Origin: Azolla caroliniana
Taxonomy: Eukaryota > Plantae > Polypodiophyta
Direction: 5' to 3'
NCBI GenBank assembly: GCA_043228905.1
Contig: JBHGNT010000002.1
Location: 9,672,001-9,736,000, forward strand
Length of the DNA stretch: 64,000 nucleotides
The notes beneath the pieces were generated by a model. The model saw only the letters and a list, made by a program, of their open reading frames with translations, did not search any database and was not told the origin of the DNA. A program made the translations under genes and the position numbers. This document shows, piece by piece, positions 45,880 through 57,959 of the stretch (position 1 is its first letter; every line of letters starts with the position of its first letter).

Positions 45880-48770
45880 TGTTGAAGCGGCAAGCTCAAC
45901 TGGAGCCGGATCGGCTAAATAAGCCTGAGCCGGCAAGCGAGACGGATCAGTAAGCCGGCAAGCAACAGAGCAGGTGAGTTGGGGAGCCAGTTAGCCGGGT
46001 CCAATCGGTAACTGGAAGCCTAGTATTAGTTTAGACTACTAGGTAATTATAGTCTCGTAGTAAGTGTCAAAAGCTCGTGTGAGCATCGAAGTACGCGGTA
46101 CTTTTGTCAGTCCCATGAGGAGTTGTATAAATAGTGCTACTGAGCACAATTGTAAATGATAGAGGCATATATCGTTTTTGAATATAGCTTTTACGTTCTG
46201 CTCTCTCTGTCTCTCCCACATACTCTGTGTATTCCCTACTTTCTCTGTTTCTAACGCTTTCGCAAGTAATCGTTTACATGGTATTAGAGCACGAGGGTTG
46301 AGAACCTCCTCTGCAACCGAGAAACGCTTGAAAGCAAACCCTAATAGGTCATAAAACAGAAGACAGAGAAGTGATGGATAGAGGAATGGTTGGTTCGCTC
46401 CCTGTAGAGAAACTCGACAGATCCAACTATGCATCTTGGTCGTATAAGATGCACCAGTACCTGCTTGGGCATGGCTACTGGAGTTTCGTCGAAGGAGCCA
46501 ACGAAACAGCACCTGATGCGGCACATAAGGACTTCCCAGTGTGGAAACAATAGGCAAGCAGAGTTATGTACTGCTTCACGTCCAGTGTCGGAGACCAGCT
46601 GCTGAGCCACATCCGAGATGCCAAGACACGAAGGAGGCTTGGGGGAACCTGAAGAAGGTGTTCGCAGTGAGCACAACAGCCCGGAAGCTGCAACTCCGAC
46701 AAGAGTTGAGCAATGTCCGACAGAAGGACCTGTTGGTGGCGGATTACATGGCCCGGATCAAAGAGATCTGTGACTCGCTTGCCTCTATCAACGTTACCAT
46801 AGAGGAAGACGAGATGGTACAGGTCTGTCTTGGGGGCCTGGCGTCGAAGTTTAGAGCATTCCGAATGGCGGTGTGTACAAGGGAGAATACGCCATCATTT
46901 TTCGACTTATAGTCGATGCTCCTTGTAGAGGAGAACCACGCCGGTGCATCAACTAGCGCACCCACTGACAGCCGGATGTTGTACACGGAGGCGGATTGGT
47001 CCCGTGGGCATGGTGGATGAGGCGGGTCGGCACGCAATGGAGGCGGCCGGCAAGAGCAAGAACAAAGGCACAGAGAACAAGCCGACAACAGTTCTGGGAC
47101 CTCCATAGGCAGGGGGAGTCAAGGCGGTGCCAGAGGCTGGCAAGACAAATCTGCAACGGAATGCTAGTACTGTGGCAAAAAGGGCCACAAAGAAAGCGAG
47201 TGTTGGAGAAAACGCGCCGATTCGGACAAATCCGGATCCGACAAGGTGGGCAAGGATGATCGGCAAAGCTCGCACTACGCGAAGGGATCAGGAGGATCCA
47301 AGAACGGTAATGGGCCAGCCTTGGTGATGAAGCTCAAGGTGAACTCGATGAAGAAGACCACTTCCAAATAGGAGGAAGTGTGGTATTTTGATTCCGGTGC
47401 GTCAAACCACATGACGAACCACAAAGAGTGGTTCTCCTTTTTGGAGAAACCGGATCAACCAGGAGTAGTAGAAATCAGAGACGACACTCCTCACCCAATT
47501 GTGCACGTCCGAGAAGTCCCTTTGAGCCACGTCGGACACAAGGGGAAGCTGATGAATGTATTACATGTTCTGACGATCACGAAGAACCTGGTGTCGGTCG
47601 GACAGATTGTCGACCAAGGGATGCAGGTGCGGTTTACGCACCTCGGGTGCTTCATCGAGGAAGAGGGCTAGATTATTGTGCAAGGGCGTAGAGACGGGAG
47701 GATGTTTATCCTCGACACCAATGACGTCAGAACCGCTCTGTTTGCAAAAGGACAGAAGGACGAATCGGACATCAACTTGTGGCACAAGAGGATAGTCCAC
47801 GTCAATTACCGGAGGCTTCAAGACCTGCAAACGAAACAAGTTGTTTTTGGTTTGCCGAAGTTTAGCGGCCGGAAGGCCCAAGTATGTGAAGCCTACCAAC
47901 TCGGGAAGCAACACCGGCTTCCATTCCCCACCGAACGTAACTAGAGCCATAACAAGCTTGACCTTATCCATTCGGATGTGTTGGGACCGACACAGAATTT
48001 TAGTCTTCGCGGGAGTCGATATTTCATCTCCTTCATCGATGATTATACGCGGCACACATGGATCTACCTCATTGAGCGGAAGAGTGAAGTCTTCGAGTGT
48101 TTCCGGAGTCTCCAAAGCATGGTGGAACGGGAATCAGAGAGGAAAATCAAATGCCTGCGGTCAAATGGCGGAAAAGAGTACTTTTTTGGCCAATTCAACA
48201 TTTATCTACAACAAAAGGGAATTCGGCGAGAGTTCAGCTGCAGATACACACCGCAACAGAACAGTGTTGCCGAAAGGAAGAACCAGTCGGTTATTGATGC
48301 GGCAAGGGAAATGCTGGAGGAGAAGAGCATGCCCAAATTCTCCTGGGCGGAGGCAGTCCGAAGAACTGTCTACATCCAGAACCGGAATGGTGACAAGGTG
48401 TTAGCTCACGAGCTGTATTTCAGGCGGAAGCCAAATTTGAGACACCTTAAGATCTTCGGTAGCATTGCATTTGTGTATGTACCGGAAGAGAAGTGGAGGA
48501 AACTGGATGCAAAATCGGAAAAATGCATCCTAATCGGCTATGCTCAAGAGCAGAAGGGTTATAAGGGTTATAAGTGTTATCACCCCCGGACAAAGCAGGT
48601 CCGAGTTAGTCGAGATGTCGAGTTTGATTAATCAGCATCGTGGTACTCCTTACCGGCTCCGACTTCAGAATCCAACCTGATGCGGGTGGATGAGGCTAGT
48701 GAGCCTGAACCGGCCCAAGTAGAGGATGATGAAGCGTGGACTCAGGATGAGAGTCCAGAATCGTTCCGGT
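45880..48770 (+). mobile_element. B-family Copia G (5' LTR 45880-46278, PBS 46279, gag to integrase, 3'-truncated)
   Basis: The LTR resembles the B LTR and the PBS reads TGGTATTAGAGC. ORF pieces 46371-48631 are highly similar to B. Confidence 0.9.
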
Positions 48771-48956
48771 AACACTTTTCACCACTAACTTGATACAATG
48801 TAGCGAGTTGGTGGTGAAATTATATACTTTCGCCACCAACTTGATAAAATGGTGAAAAGTTATTTTCTTTTGTCCAACTCGATCCAATGTATCGAGTTGG
48901 TTGCCCTATGTGTGGAATAACCTTCCTCAAGGAGAAAGAAGTCGATACTTAGTATC

Positions 48957-51720
48957 TGTAAAGAAGAAGAGACGTAGGTGGTGATGTGCAATGGAAGCGA
49001 GCTCTGTGTGTGACTGTACATAGGGTGAGAGAGAGGGAGGGAGGGAGGAAGAGCTTAAACAAGAAGCTGTATATTAGCAAAAAGATAAAATACATCCAAC
49101 AGTAACTAAGTTACAAAGAGTTGGTTGAAATACCAACTACTCTATGGCAACTAACCCTTCTACTATTTACAAAACTAGACTAGTATGATGTCCATTGGCT
49201 AGGATGAACATTGTTTCAGGAAGTTGAGTCTGATTCTCAACATGCCCCTTTAAACACAACTTCTAGATGCTGAAAAGTTGGTTCGGTTCGGTCTTCGAGA
49301 ATACTTTGATTCGACTGAATGGCTTGATTTGGCTTTCGTCTCTGTGTTTGGATGGTCAGTCAAAACGGTTTCGACTGCTCGATTGCATCCTGCTCCTTGT
49401 GCAACTCGATTATCATCGTACTCCCCCTCAAACACAGATGGTTGGTGATCGAGAGACCAAGGTTCTACGTGAATTGCCGCAACTTGTCGATACCTAGGGC
49501 TTTTATGAAGATGTCGGCCACCTCAAGATTCACGTTGATGTGTTGTAAATCGACATCTCCAGCCTACACGCGCTCCTAAATGAAGTTGTAGTGAACTTTG
49601 ATATGCTTAGTCCACGCGTGGAACACGGGATTTCGAGCCAGGTAGATATTGCTCATGTTGTCGTAGTATAGGCTAATCGGATCCTTGATGGAAATGACCA
49701 ACTCCTGAAATATGTGCTTCAGCCATACAGCGTCACATGCGGCGACTACGGCAACTATCGTGCCCCTATATTCGGCCTCTGTGCTCCATAGTGTGACTGT
49801 CGATTTTTTTTTGCTGCTCCAGGAGAAGATGAAACCTGACGTTGATCGTCTATCACCCTGATAGCCGGCCGAGACTGCGTTTGTGTACCCTTCAAGCCGA
49901 ATGATCGTATCCAACTTGTACATGATGCGGAAATCCATCATCCCATGGACGTACCTAAGTACCCTCTTAGCACAATTGAGATGAACATTCATCGTTTAAT
50001 CCATCGTGGATCCTTGGCTTCTAGTTCTTGGATAGTAGCCACCTTCATCATAAAGGCATAATGGTATGCCATATACTCATCGTAGTTGAATCGGCTGACA
50101 AGGTTTTTCTCTTGGGTGGAACGAAGGAGCTTCTCGTTCTTTGAGGCTATGGCCAATTCGTTTGTGCCACAATTTCAAGTCGGTTTCGACTTTGAGGCCT
50201 TTTGCGAACGCAGCCAACTTCACCTCATTCAATTCGAGGATGAACATTCAGCCTTCTCTTCGACCGTGAGCAATGAGTCATTCATATTTTTCAATGAAGC
50301 ACCTATCATTGTTGAATCGTACTTGCATACCTTGTTCAACAATCTGGCCGACCGAGACCAGGTTTTTCGTGATGGTTTGAACATGCAAATCGTTCTTTAG
50401 ATAGGTTTGTTTGCCGTCATTCCCGAATGGGACATTTTCGATCTCCGAATCGAATGAGTTGTGTCATCTCCGATATCAACATAGCCGAGTCAATCGGGCT
50501 TTATGAGCTCTTAGAATCACTCTTCGTGAGACATCATGTGATTGGACGCTCCAGAGTATACAAACCATACATCGTCTAGGGAAGAGGTGATAGTCGGATA
50601 CTATGCCACCATCGAACGTGCTTTATGCCTCATTACGAACATCCGGCCATGATCTTCATAGTCAGAATTCGAAGCTGACTCTCATTGCTTCTTTCGGCAC
50701 TTCTCTTCATAGTGGCCGAGTTTTCCACAGTACCCGCATTCGATCAGGTTGCTGCGATGGGTCGTTCCGGCAAGATGGCTCCCCCGTCTGCCGAACTCCC
50801 TAGAATTGTTCCTGTCATCTTGAGATGTGTTCTCGGGTCGGCTGACTATATCACCTTTGGCCGAATTGACTTCTATTTCCTTGGCCGAATTGACTTCTAT
50901 TTCCTTGGCCGAATCCTCTTCTATCGTCCGACTGGGAGTAGAGCATCTAACCATCGGTTGCATTGTTCCTTTGTCGGGCATGAATTTCTTTCACCAATAG
51001 TATCAACTGAAGCTCGAAAAAGGAAAGTGGGTTCTCCCTTGCGAGAATGACCGATCTAATCGTGCCGAATGGTGGTGCTAAGCCGTCGAGGCAAATTTGA
51101 ACCATTTCTTCATCGTTGATGACGATGTTGACTAATCTGAGGGCATCACACAACTCCTTGATCTTCAAGGTATAGTTGGTGATCGACATGCCCCTCTATT
51201 GCATATTGTTTAACTCATGTTGGAGTTGGAGCTTACGTGTAGCCATATTGGCTGTGAAAATCTTCTTGAGATTGCCTCAAGATCCTTTCGGCATTTTCGA
51301 CCCTTGAATATAGCCGAGCATGTGATCATGAACGCATGATGCAAGGCAATACAACACACGGCTTGCGGCCTGTTCCCAAGCTGGGTCGTCGGCATGTGTT
51401 GGGTTGGGTTGTGTTTCGTGAGCTCCCTCTATATAGCTCAAGTAACCTTGTCCAACATGGTACTAATGCATCTTGTACTCCCAATATGCGAATTTTGTTC
51501 TATCGAGGTTCCCATCTGGGTGTTCATGATGTTGATTTCTTCTTTGTTGCTTGAACCAGTTTTGTTGATTGTCGGTGTTGTCGGTGTGATCACAACACAG
51601 TTGAGAGAGTTTGATCAGACAACCACATGCTCTGATACCATGTAAAGAAGAAGAAACGTATGTGGAAGCGAGCTTTGTGTGTGAGTGCACGTAGGGCAAG
51701 AGAGAGAGAGAGAGAGAGAT
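48957..51720 (-). mobile_element. Internally deleted Copia H (3' LTR 48957-49242; PBS 51629-51640; 5' LTR from 51641, interrupted)
   Basis: Both LTRs begin TGTAAAGAAGAAGA on the + strand and GCTCTGATACCA is the minus-strand PBS. Gag (CGYCGKLGHYEEKC) and RNase H (TKHIKVHY) are present; most of INT and RT are missing. Confidence 0.85.
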
Positions 51721-53042
51721 TATATTATCGTCTTAGGAGGTCAAATATGACCTAATGGAAGAAAATAGAAAATAGATATAAGACGAAACAAGATGTTAAT
51801 GTGGAAAACCCTAATCCGGAAAAAAACCACGGGAGCCCACATACTCCAACTATCACTATGAGAGGAAGGAAGGGTACAATGGGAGACTCAAAGGCAACGA
51901 CCTCGAGCTCTATCGGCAGTTTCAACAGAAACGTCTCTTTATCTCTATCTCGCTCTCTCTTTCTCTCTCTCTCTCTCTCTATACAACAATAATGATACCA
52001 ACAACATTATGAACATTGTTGCCCTAGTTATATTTATACTTATATAACTTTAGGAATATTTACAAATAGGACCCGAAACAGTAACATCAGAACATATACA
52101 TAAACTAATGTCTAGCCGGATACCAAACCGGATCCATTCGGTCCAGTTCTTTCCTTTGGCTCGTCTGGTCTGGCTTGTCCGATTCTCATCCGGAGGAACC
52201 GAATTCCCAACAAACTCCCCCTTCACTCTGGCATTGGATGTCCTTTCTATCTTATCTGTTTCCGGCACACGTCCGTCCAGCTTCTCAATTGACAACACTT
52301 TCGTCAACATATCCGACCCATTCTTCTCCATGTGGATCTTCATTAACGAAAACTCTCTATCTTTTACTTTCTCCTGGAGCCAGTGGTATCTCCTCTGGAT
52401 ATGCTTGGTCTGTGAATGGTAGGCCACATTCTTTCACGAGGTGAATGGCACTCTGACTATCGCAATAGAGCTTGAATTCCTCCTGCTGAATCCCTACCTC
52501 TCCGATGAAGTCCTACATCCAAATTACCTCTTTTCTGGCTACCACAACTGCCAAATACTCCGCTTCCGTTGTCGACCGTGCAACAAACATCTGCAGCCTC
52601 GACTGCCATGATATGGCTCCCCCTGCATATGTCATGACATATCCAAATGTAGACCGGCTGGCGTCCACATCAGCCGACATGTCTGAATCGGTAAAGCCTT
52701 CCAATAGGGGTCTACCAGAGCCAAATCGGAGGCATATGTTTGAGGTGCCTTTCAAGTACCGGAGTATCCACTTGATAGCTGCCCAGTGTTCTCTTCCCGG
52801 ATTGCTCATGAACCAGCTCACCACTCCAACGGCATATCCGATATTTGCTTGGATACACACCATTGCATACATTAAGCTTCCGACAGCAGAGGCATATGGT
52901 ACATTCATCATCTCTGACTTCTCCATCTGTACAAGCTCTTCTTCAACCGGCACATGAGGTTTCCTTCCCTTTCTTGACAATGGGAGAATTAGAGGCAATG
53001 ACCTTGAACTCTATCCTCACCTACCAGCGGTTACAACATAAA

Positions 53043-53083
<41 letters not shown>

Positions 53084-53367
53084 CTCTTTCTATACAACAA
53101 TAATGATAACAACAACATTATGAACATTGTTGACCTAATTATATTTATACTTATATAACTTTAGGACTATGTACAAATATGACCTGAAACAGTCACATCA
53201 GAACATATACAAAAACTAATGTCTAGTCGAATACCAAACCGGATCAATCCGATCCGGTTTCCGGATATCTTCTGGATCTATCCGGTCCGGTTCTTTCCTT
53301 CGGCTCGCCTGATCCGACTTGTCTGATTCTCATCCGGATCGCATCCTGAGGGACCGAATTCCCAACA
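51720..53367 (-). mobile_element. Deleted C-related Copia I (LTR ~51720-52212, PPT, RT/RH remnant, partial LTR ~52985-53367)
   Basis: The LTR resembles the reverse complement of the C LTR (GGAAAACCCTAA..AAAAACCACGGGAG) and both copies end GAATTCCCAACA. The ORF has VPYASAVGSLMYAMVC..STTEAEY. Confidence 0.85.
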
Positions 53368-54039
53368 AAAAGTGGGGGTTGGAATTTGTTAGACCATTCA
53401 AGCCGCTGGCAATGCAAACTAGGAATCGATACATTATAGTCAACACATTCGCGTTCACAAGTGGAAGGATCGAGCATAAATGGAAGGATAAGGAATATTT
53501 TGGTTGATTTTAGTAATTTTTCAATGATTTTACAAAACACATTGATACCAGTATCATACATGTTCAAATATACTATGAAAAAGTTTAAAAATCCACTATT
53601 TTCATGATTTAGAAATAAATAAAAAAAGAGGAATTTCAAAAAGTTACATTCTCAATTTATATCACAAACTTTATAACCAATGTTATTTTATAAGAAACGA
53701 TTCTTTAGAAATCATAAGAATTCAAAACACATGCTTTTATATTACTCTATTTGTTACAAGCGGAATGTAGTTACACTTAATAGCCAAAAATACATTTACG
53801 GAGAATCACTACTATAACTAATATACAATGAAGATTCCTCCTCGTCATCCTCGGATGTACCAATCAGTGCATTATCTTCGTCATAAACCAAATGGTTTGA
53901 CTCTAGATTATATGTAGCAGATCTCGTTTGCCTTCGACTCGAGCCAGCTTGTACACCTGGTAATTTTTCTTTTATTATATCTATTGTTGACTTCCTTAAT
54001 CGTTTGACTTTTGTAAGCGTGAAGTCATACACGATAATA

Positions 54040-56510
54040 TCTACATCAGAGATATCAAGGGTCGAGGTGTTACGAATGTTTCACTTCCTCTTCCTACTTC
54101 CCCTTGTCGTTGGGCATTCAATCATCTCCAATGTATACTTACCTGTAAAAGCATTTGCACTTCTAGTGTTGTACTGATAAACGTTTATAGACTTGATCGT
54201 GTTTTCTATTTCATGCATTAGCACTTCTAGAATTTTACCAACCCAAAACTAGTGGCCATGTGAGTTCTTATCAGTCGGCGTTGCAATCAACATCCCCGCC
54301 GCGAGCTCTTGCAAATTGCCTTGCCATCTAGCTTCAGCTGCTTTGGTCATCCTTGGTCCCACATAAATGTCTCTTTGTTGTGGATGGACCAAACTATCAT
54401 TAATCGCATTTGCTCGTTGTTCCGGAGTTTTATTTACACGATCATGTTGTAGCGACCACGTGAATGGCGTTTCCAAATTCCAATTATCACCAAATACACA
54501 ATTGTCTATAATTCCTTTCTAATCACTAAAAAATACATCCCACCATGACATGTCTTGTTGTGTGGCATATTTCTTGGTGGCCTCAATATGCTTTCTTTTT
54601 TCTTCTAAGGCTTGGAGCCATAACCGTTTTTGTGCCGATACCAAGTCACTATGCAACTGTCCTTTCTTCTCAATTCACATTTGTTTAGCTCCATGGACAA
54701 TTGTACTCGGCATTCAAAGTAACAACTGGCAACCACCTTCTGGTTCCCATGTTGTAGAAGATGAATTTGTTTAGCATACAAAAGCGTAGAACCACTTATT
54801 TCATTTTTCTTTATCATAAAAATGTGATTGAAACTTATATTGTTTAACTTGGCGAGCACTTTAACATTCCCAACACCCCCATCTAATATATATCTCTTAA
54901 AATCATATACCTCCTTCAAGTGTAACACTTTTGGGCTTGGTGTATATGCATGACAAATGACATCAAATAGTTTTGGTAATGTGAAAGCATCATGCCGAGA
55001 CAACTGTCTGGAGAATGTGCTAAACATCTGATCTATATGATCATGTGTGCGGCCAACCAAAAGAAATTGACTTTCATTTTCCTAAACAATCCTTGGTTGA
55101 CCAACATACTTAGATAGCCAAACACAATTGAATGTATAGAAAAGGGGGGAACGGTTGGCCCCAAGACATCAAAACTCGGTGAATCATTGTAACTGTTAGG
55201 TTAGGGTCATTGTGAACATTGGGGTATGTAATGAAGACGTGAGGTCCAACTGACCTATTATAAGCCAAGCATCCCACCAAGTGCATTTGAACAAGGCACT
55301 CATCATTGACGTCTTTGGGGAGCCTCCGCATATGCGGCAAGCACGTCTTCTTCTGGTCCATGCCACTATCATTAAGCACATGTATTGTTCGGGCCTCTTC
55401 AAACACTTCTCTCTATGATGCATCGCCTTCTTTCGCTCTAACGATTGTGCCTCACGATGCTCCTGCAATAACTTCTTACTCATATCCTTCTCCATTGATG
55501 TCTTTGCACCTTTAGCCAAACTTGTAAGATTTGCACAAATGGAGCAATACCCCATGCGTACATTACGTGGAATGATAACATTTGAAAACCGAGCTCTCCA
55601 TAATCTTGTGAATTGGCTATATGTGACAGATTTATTACATGAGCCCACCATATTAGATTGATAGACATCATAAACTTCCCGACGTGTGTAATTATCAGAG
55701 AGGTGCATCCTACCTGTAGTGGGCATTACTTCACAATTTAACTGAAAATAACTTTTCATCCAACCCATAGCATGTCTTCCAATTGCACCTTTCATACTTG
55801 GAACCTCATTAATTACAATTGAGCATTTGATCCCTGCTAAGTAGACGTTTTTGTACTCTATGTAGCCGCATGTTACTAACACATAACCCAATTTTGAATG
55901 CAACTCTACATATCTGTTGTGCATGGAAGATATAATACTCAAATGATACTTTGATCCCCGTACATTTGTTAGACACTAGTTGCATATGTGACCCGAGGTA
56001 AGTGTCTTGCTCATTACCAATCATCAAAAAATAGTATCGTCTTAATTTTCGCGAATTTGATTTTCGAATCATAAACCCTAAACCACGGGCACAAGATATT
56101 GTTTTGACATCAAATCCAATATGCTTATCTGATGTCACCAAGTTAAATCTAGCCAGAAGAATTCTTCGTGGGATTCTTCTAATATGCATAGGGCTTCCAG
56201 ATTTCTCTTCCTGCATAGAAGTTGGTGTAACCTTGTTACTATCCAATTCTTTGTTGTGACCATCGCCCATGATATTCGATGTTTCATTAGCACTACCTTC
56301 ATTCTCCGTATCTTTATTAATATCGTATTATTCAATAGAGAACTCTTCACATGTGTCATTATTCACATGCGTTGTAGGTGAAGATGAGCTTAGACAATAT
56401 TCTTCAATAGAAAATGGTCAGTCTGTTGACTGACAATACTCTTCGGTAGAAAACGAAGAGTCTAATGACAAACAATATTCTTCAATCGAGAACGGTGAGT
56501 CTTCACTCAT
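54040..56510 (-). pseudogene. Degenerate DDD transposase, Sola1-like
   Basis: FTRLWRARFSNV..MGYCSICA, GMDQKKTCLPH, HLVGCL, DPNLTVT..LYIQL and VGRTHDHIDQMFSTFSRQL match the DGMDQ / YIQLDN / VGHTHEDIDQ pattern. It has frameshifts and a deletion of the DN..ENKN segment. Confidence 0.72.
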
Positions 56511-56899
56511 GGCTTAAGGTTCACACAAAGCTCTTTAAGTTATGTGCTTGGGCTAATATAAAAAACTGATATGATCCTCTCTAAACATAAACTGCTCTCT
56601 AAACAGAAGCTCCCTCAATATAATGTCTACATTATTTAATATTATATTAATACAATAAATAAAGATATTATTTTTAATATAATAATTTTATTCAACATAT
56701 TAATAATTACTTAAACTAGTCAGTATAAAGTTGAATCAATTATATTTTATACCTTATTAATCCTATAATATATAATATCAATTAAATTTACTTTAGCCAT
56801 GAAGTATAATATAATTACAATTATTACCAAGCCATATATATGTTGGTTTAAAGTTAAAATCATTGGTTAATTAAGGGCACCCATATTTAATATAGAACT

Positions 56900-57397
56900 T
56901 CTCAATCATTGGTTCATTCATGCCCACCATTTTAAATATAAGCCTTTTCAATCATTGTTTCATTCATGCCCACCATTTTAAATATAAGCCTTTTCAATCA
57001 TTGTTTCATTCATGGCCACATCTTTCATACAAAGCAATTAAGAGTCATAAAAATGTTACTTTGAGTATTCAATCATTGGTTCTATCATGATATGGCAAGA
57101 CTCGAACCCATGACCTTAGGTTATATGGGTCGAGCTCTTGACCATTAGATCATCTATTGTAATACATAAGATATTATTTTCATTTACATTTTATTATAGG
57201 AAATTAGTGTATATTCCACATTTCTCTGGAACATTCTAGAAGCTTCAGGATTACTCCTGAAAACACTATAAAAGACGGCACTAGGCATTATGTTGAACCA
57301 AATTGGTTCAACGCCAGTCTTAAGCCTTTTAGCCACCATAGTATATTCTCTTCATATAATACATATCTTTCTTATCATCACTCTCTCTCTCTCTCAA

Positions 57398-57428
<31 letters not shown>

Positions 57429-57660
57429 CCCTCACTTCTTCCTTCTCTCGAAGTTCCACACCTCTCATAGTACTAATCCTTCGTTTAGTACTAATTCCTT
57501 CTCTGTCTCAGTACTGTTCATGACAGGTTCATTCATGAACCTCTATCATTGTTTCCTTCATGACCTTCAAAGCCATTGTATGTTAGTTTGACTATAAAAT
57601 AATCATTAATATGTTTGTTTGAGTATTTAATCCTTGATGCATTCATAAGCATCATTTAAT
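56900..57660. repeat. ~47-bp repeats TCAATCATTG(G/T)TTCATTCATG..., probably subterminal to the Sola1-like element
   Basis: Copies near 56902, 56948 and 56995, one at 57069 split by the solo LTR, and degenerate copies after 57530. Confidence 0.75.
57083..57525 (+). mobile_element. Solo LTR of the Gypsy E family (TSD GGTTC)
   Basis: Reverse complement of the E LTRs, with GGTTC at 57078-57082 and 57526-57530. Confidence 0.95.
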
Positions 57661-57959
57661 TCAAGTCCTCCATTAGAGAGTGATTGGCACACTCAAGATT
57701 ATGTACTAAATAAAGTAACTCTTTCTTAGGTCTAACTAACTAACCTTAAGCTTGCCAACCTTGGTTAAAGTGACTGTGGTTACTTTAACCACTGTGGTCA
57801 ATCCTAATAATTAGGAAGACCTCCTCATATCTCAATCACACGAAGCACAAAACAAAACAAAGCAGAAGAGCACCCAGAGCACGAAGCACCAAATTGTGAT
57901 CTCCCCTAAGCATCGACAACGTGAACCATGTCTTCAAAGAAAATCGAGCGCCAAGACTT

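Noticed and set aside
40800-46278. Copia F as a complete element bounded by the LTRs at 40800 and 45880
   Set aside because: The two LTRs are dissimilar, no PPT precedes 45880, and a PBS plus gag follows it.
50857-50912. 24-bp tandem repeat in the gag of H (SAKEIEVN), plus small duplications at ~48553 and ~60203
   Set aside because: These are ordinary slippage duplications in decayed elements.
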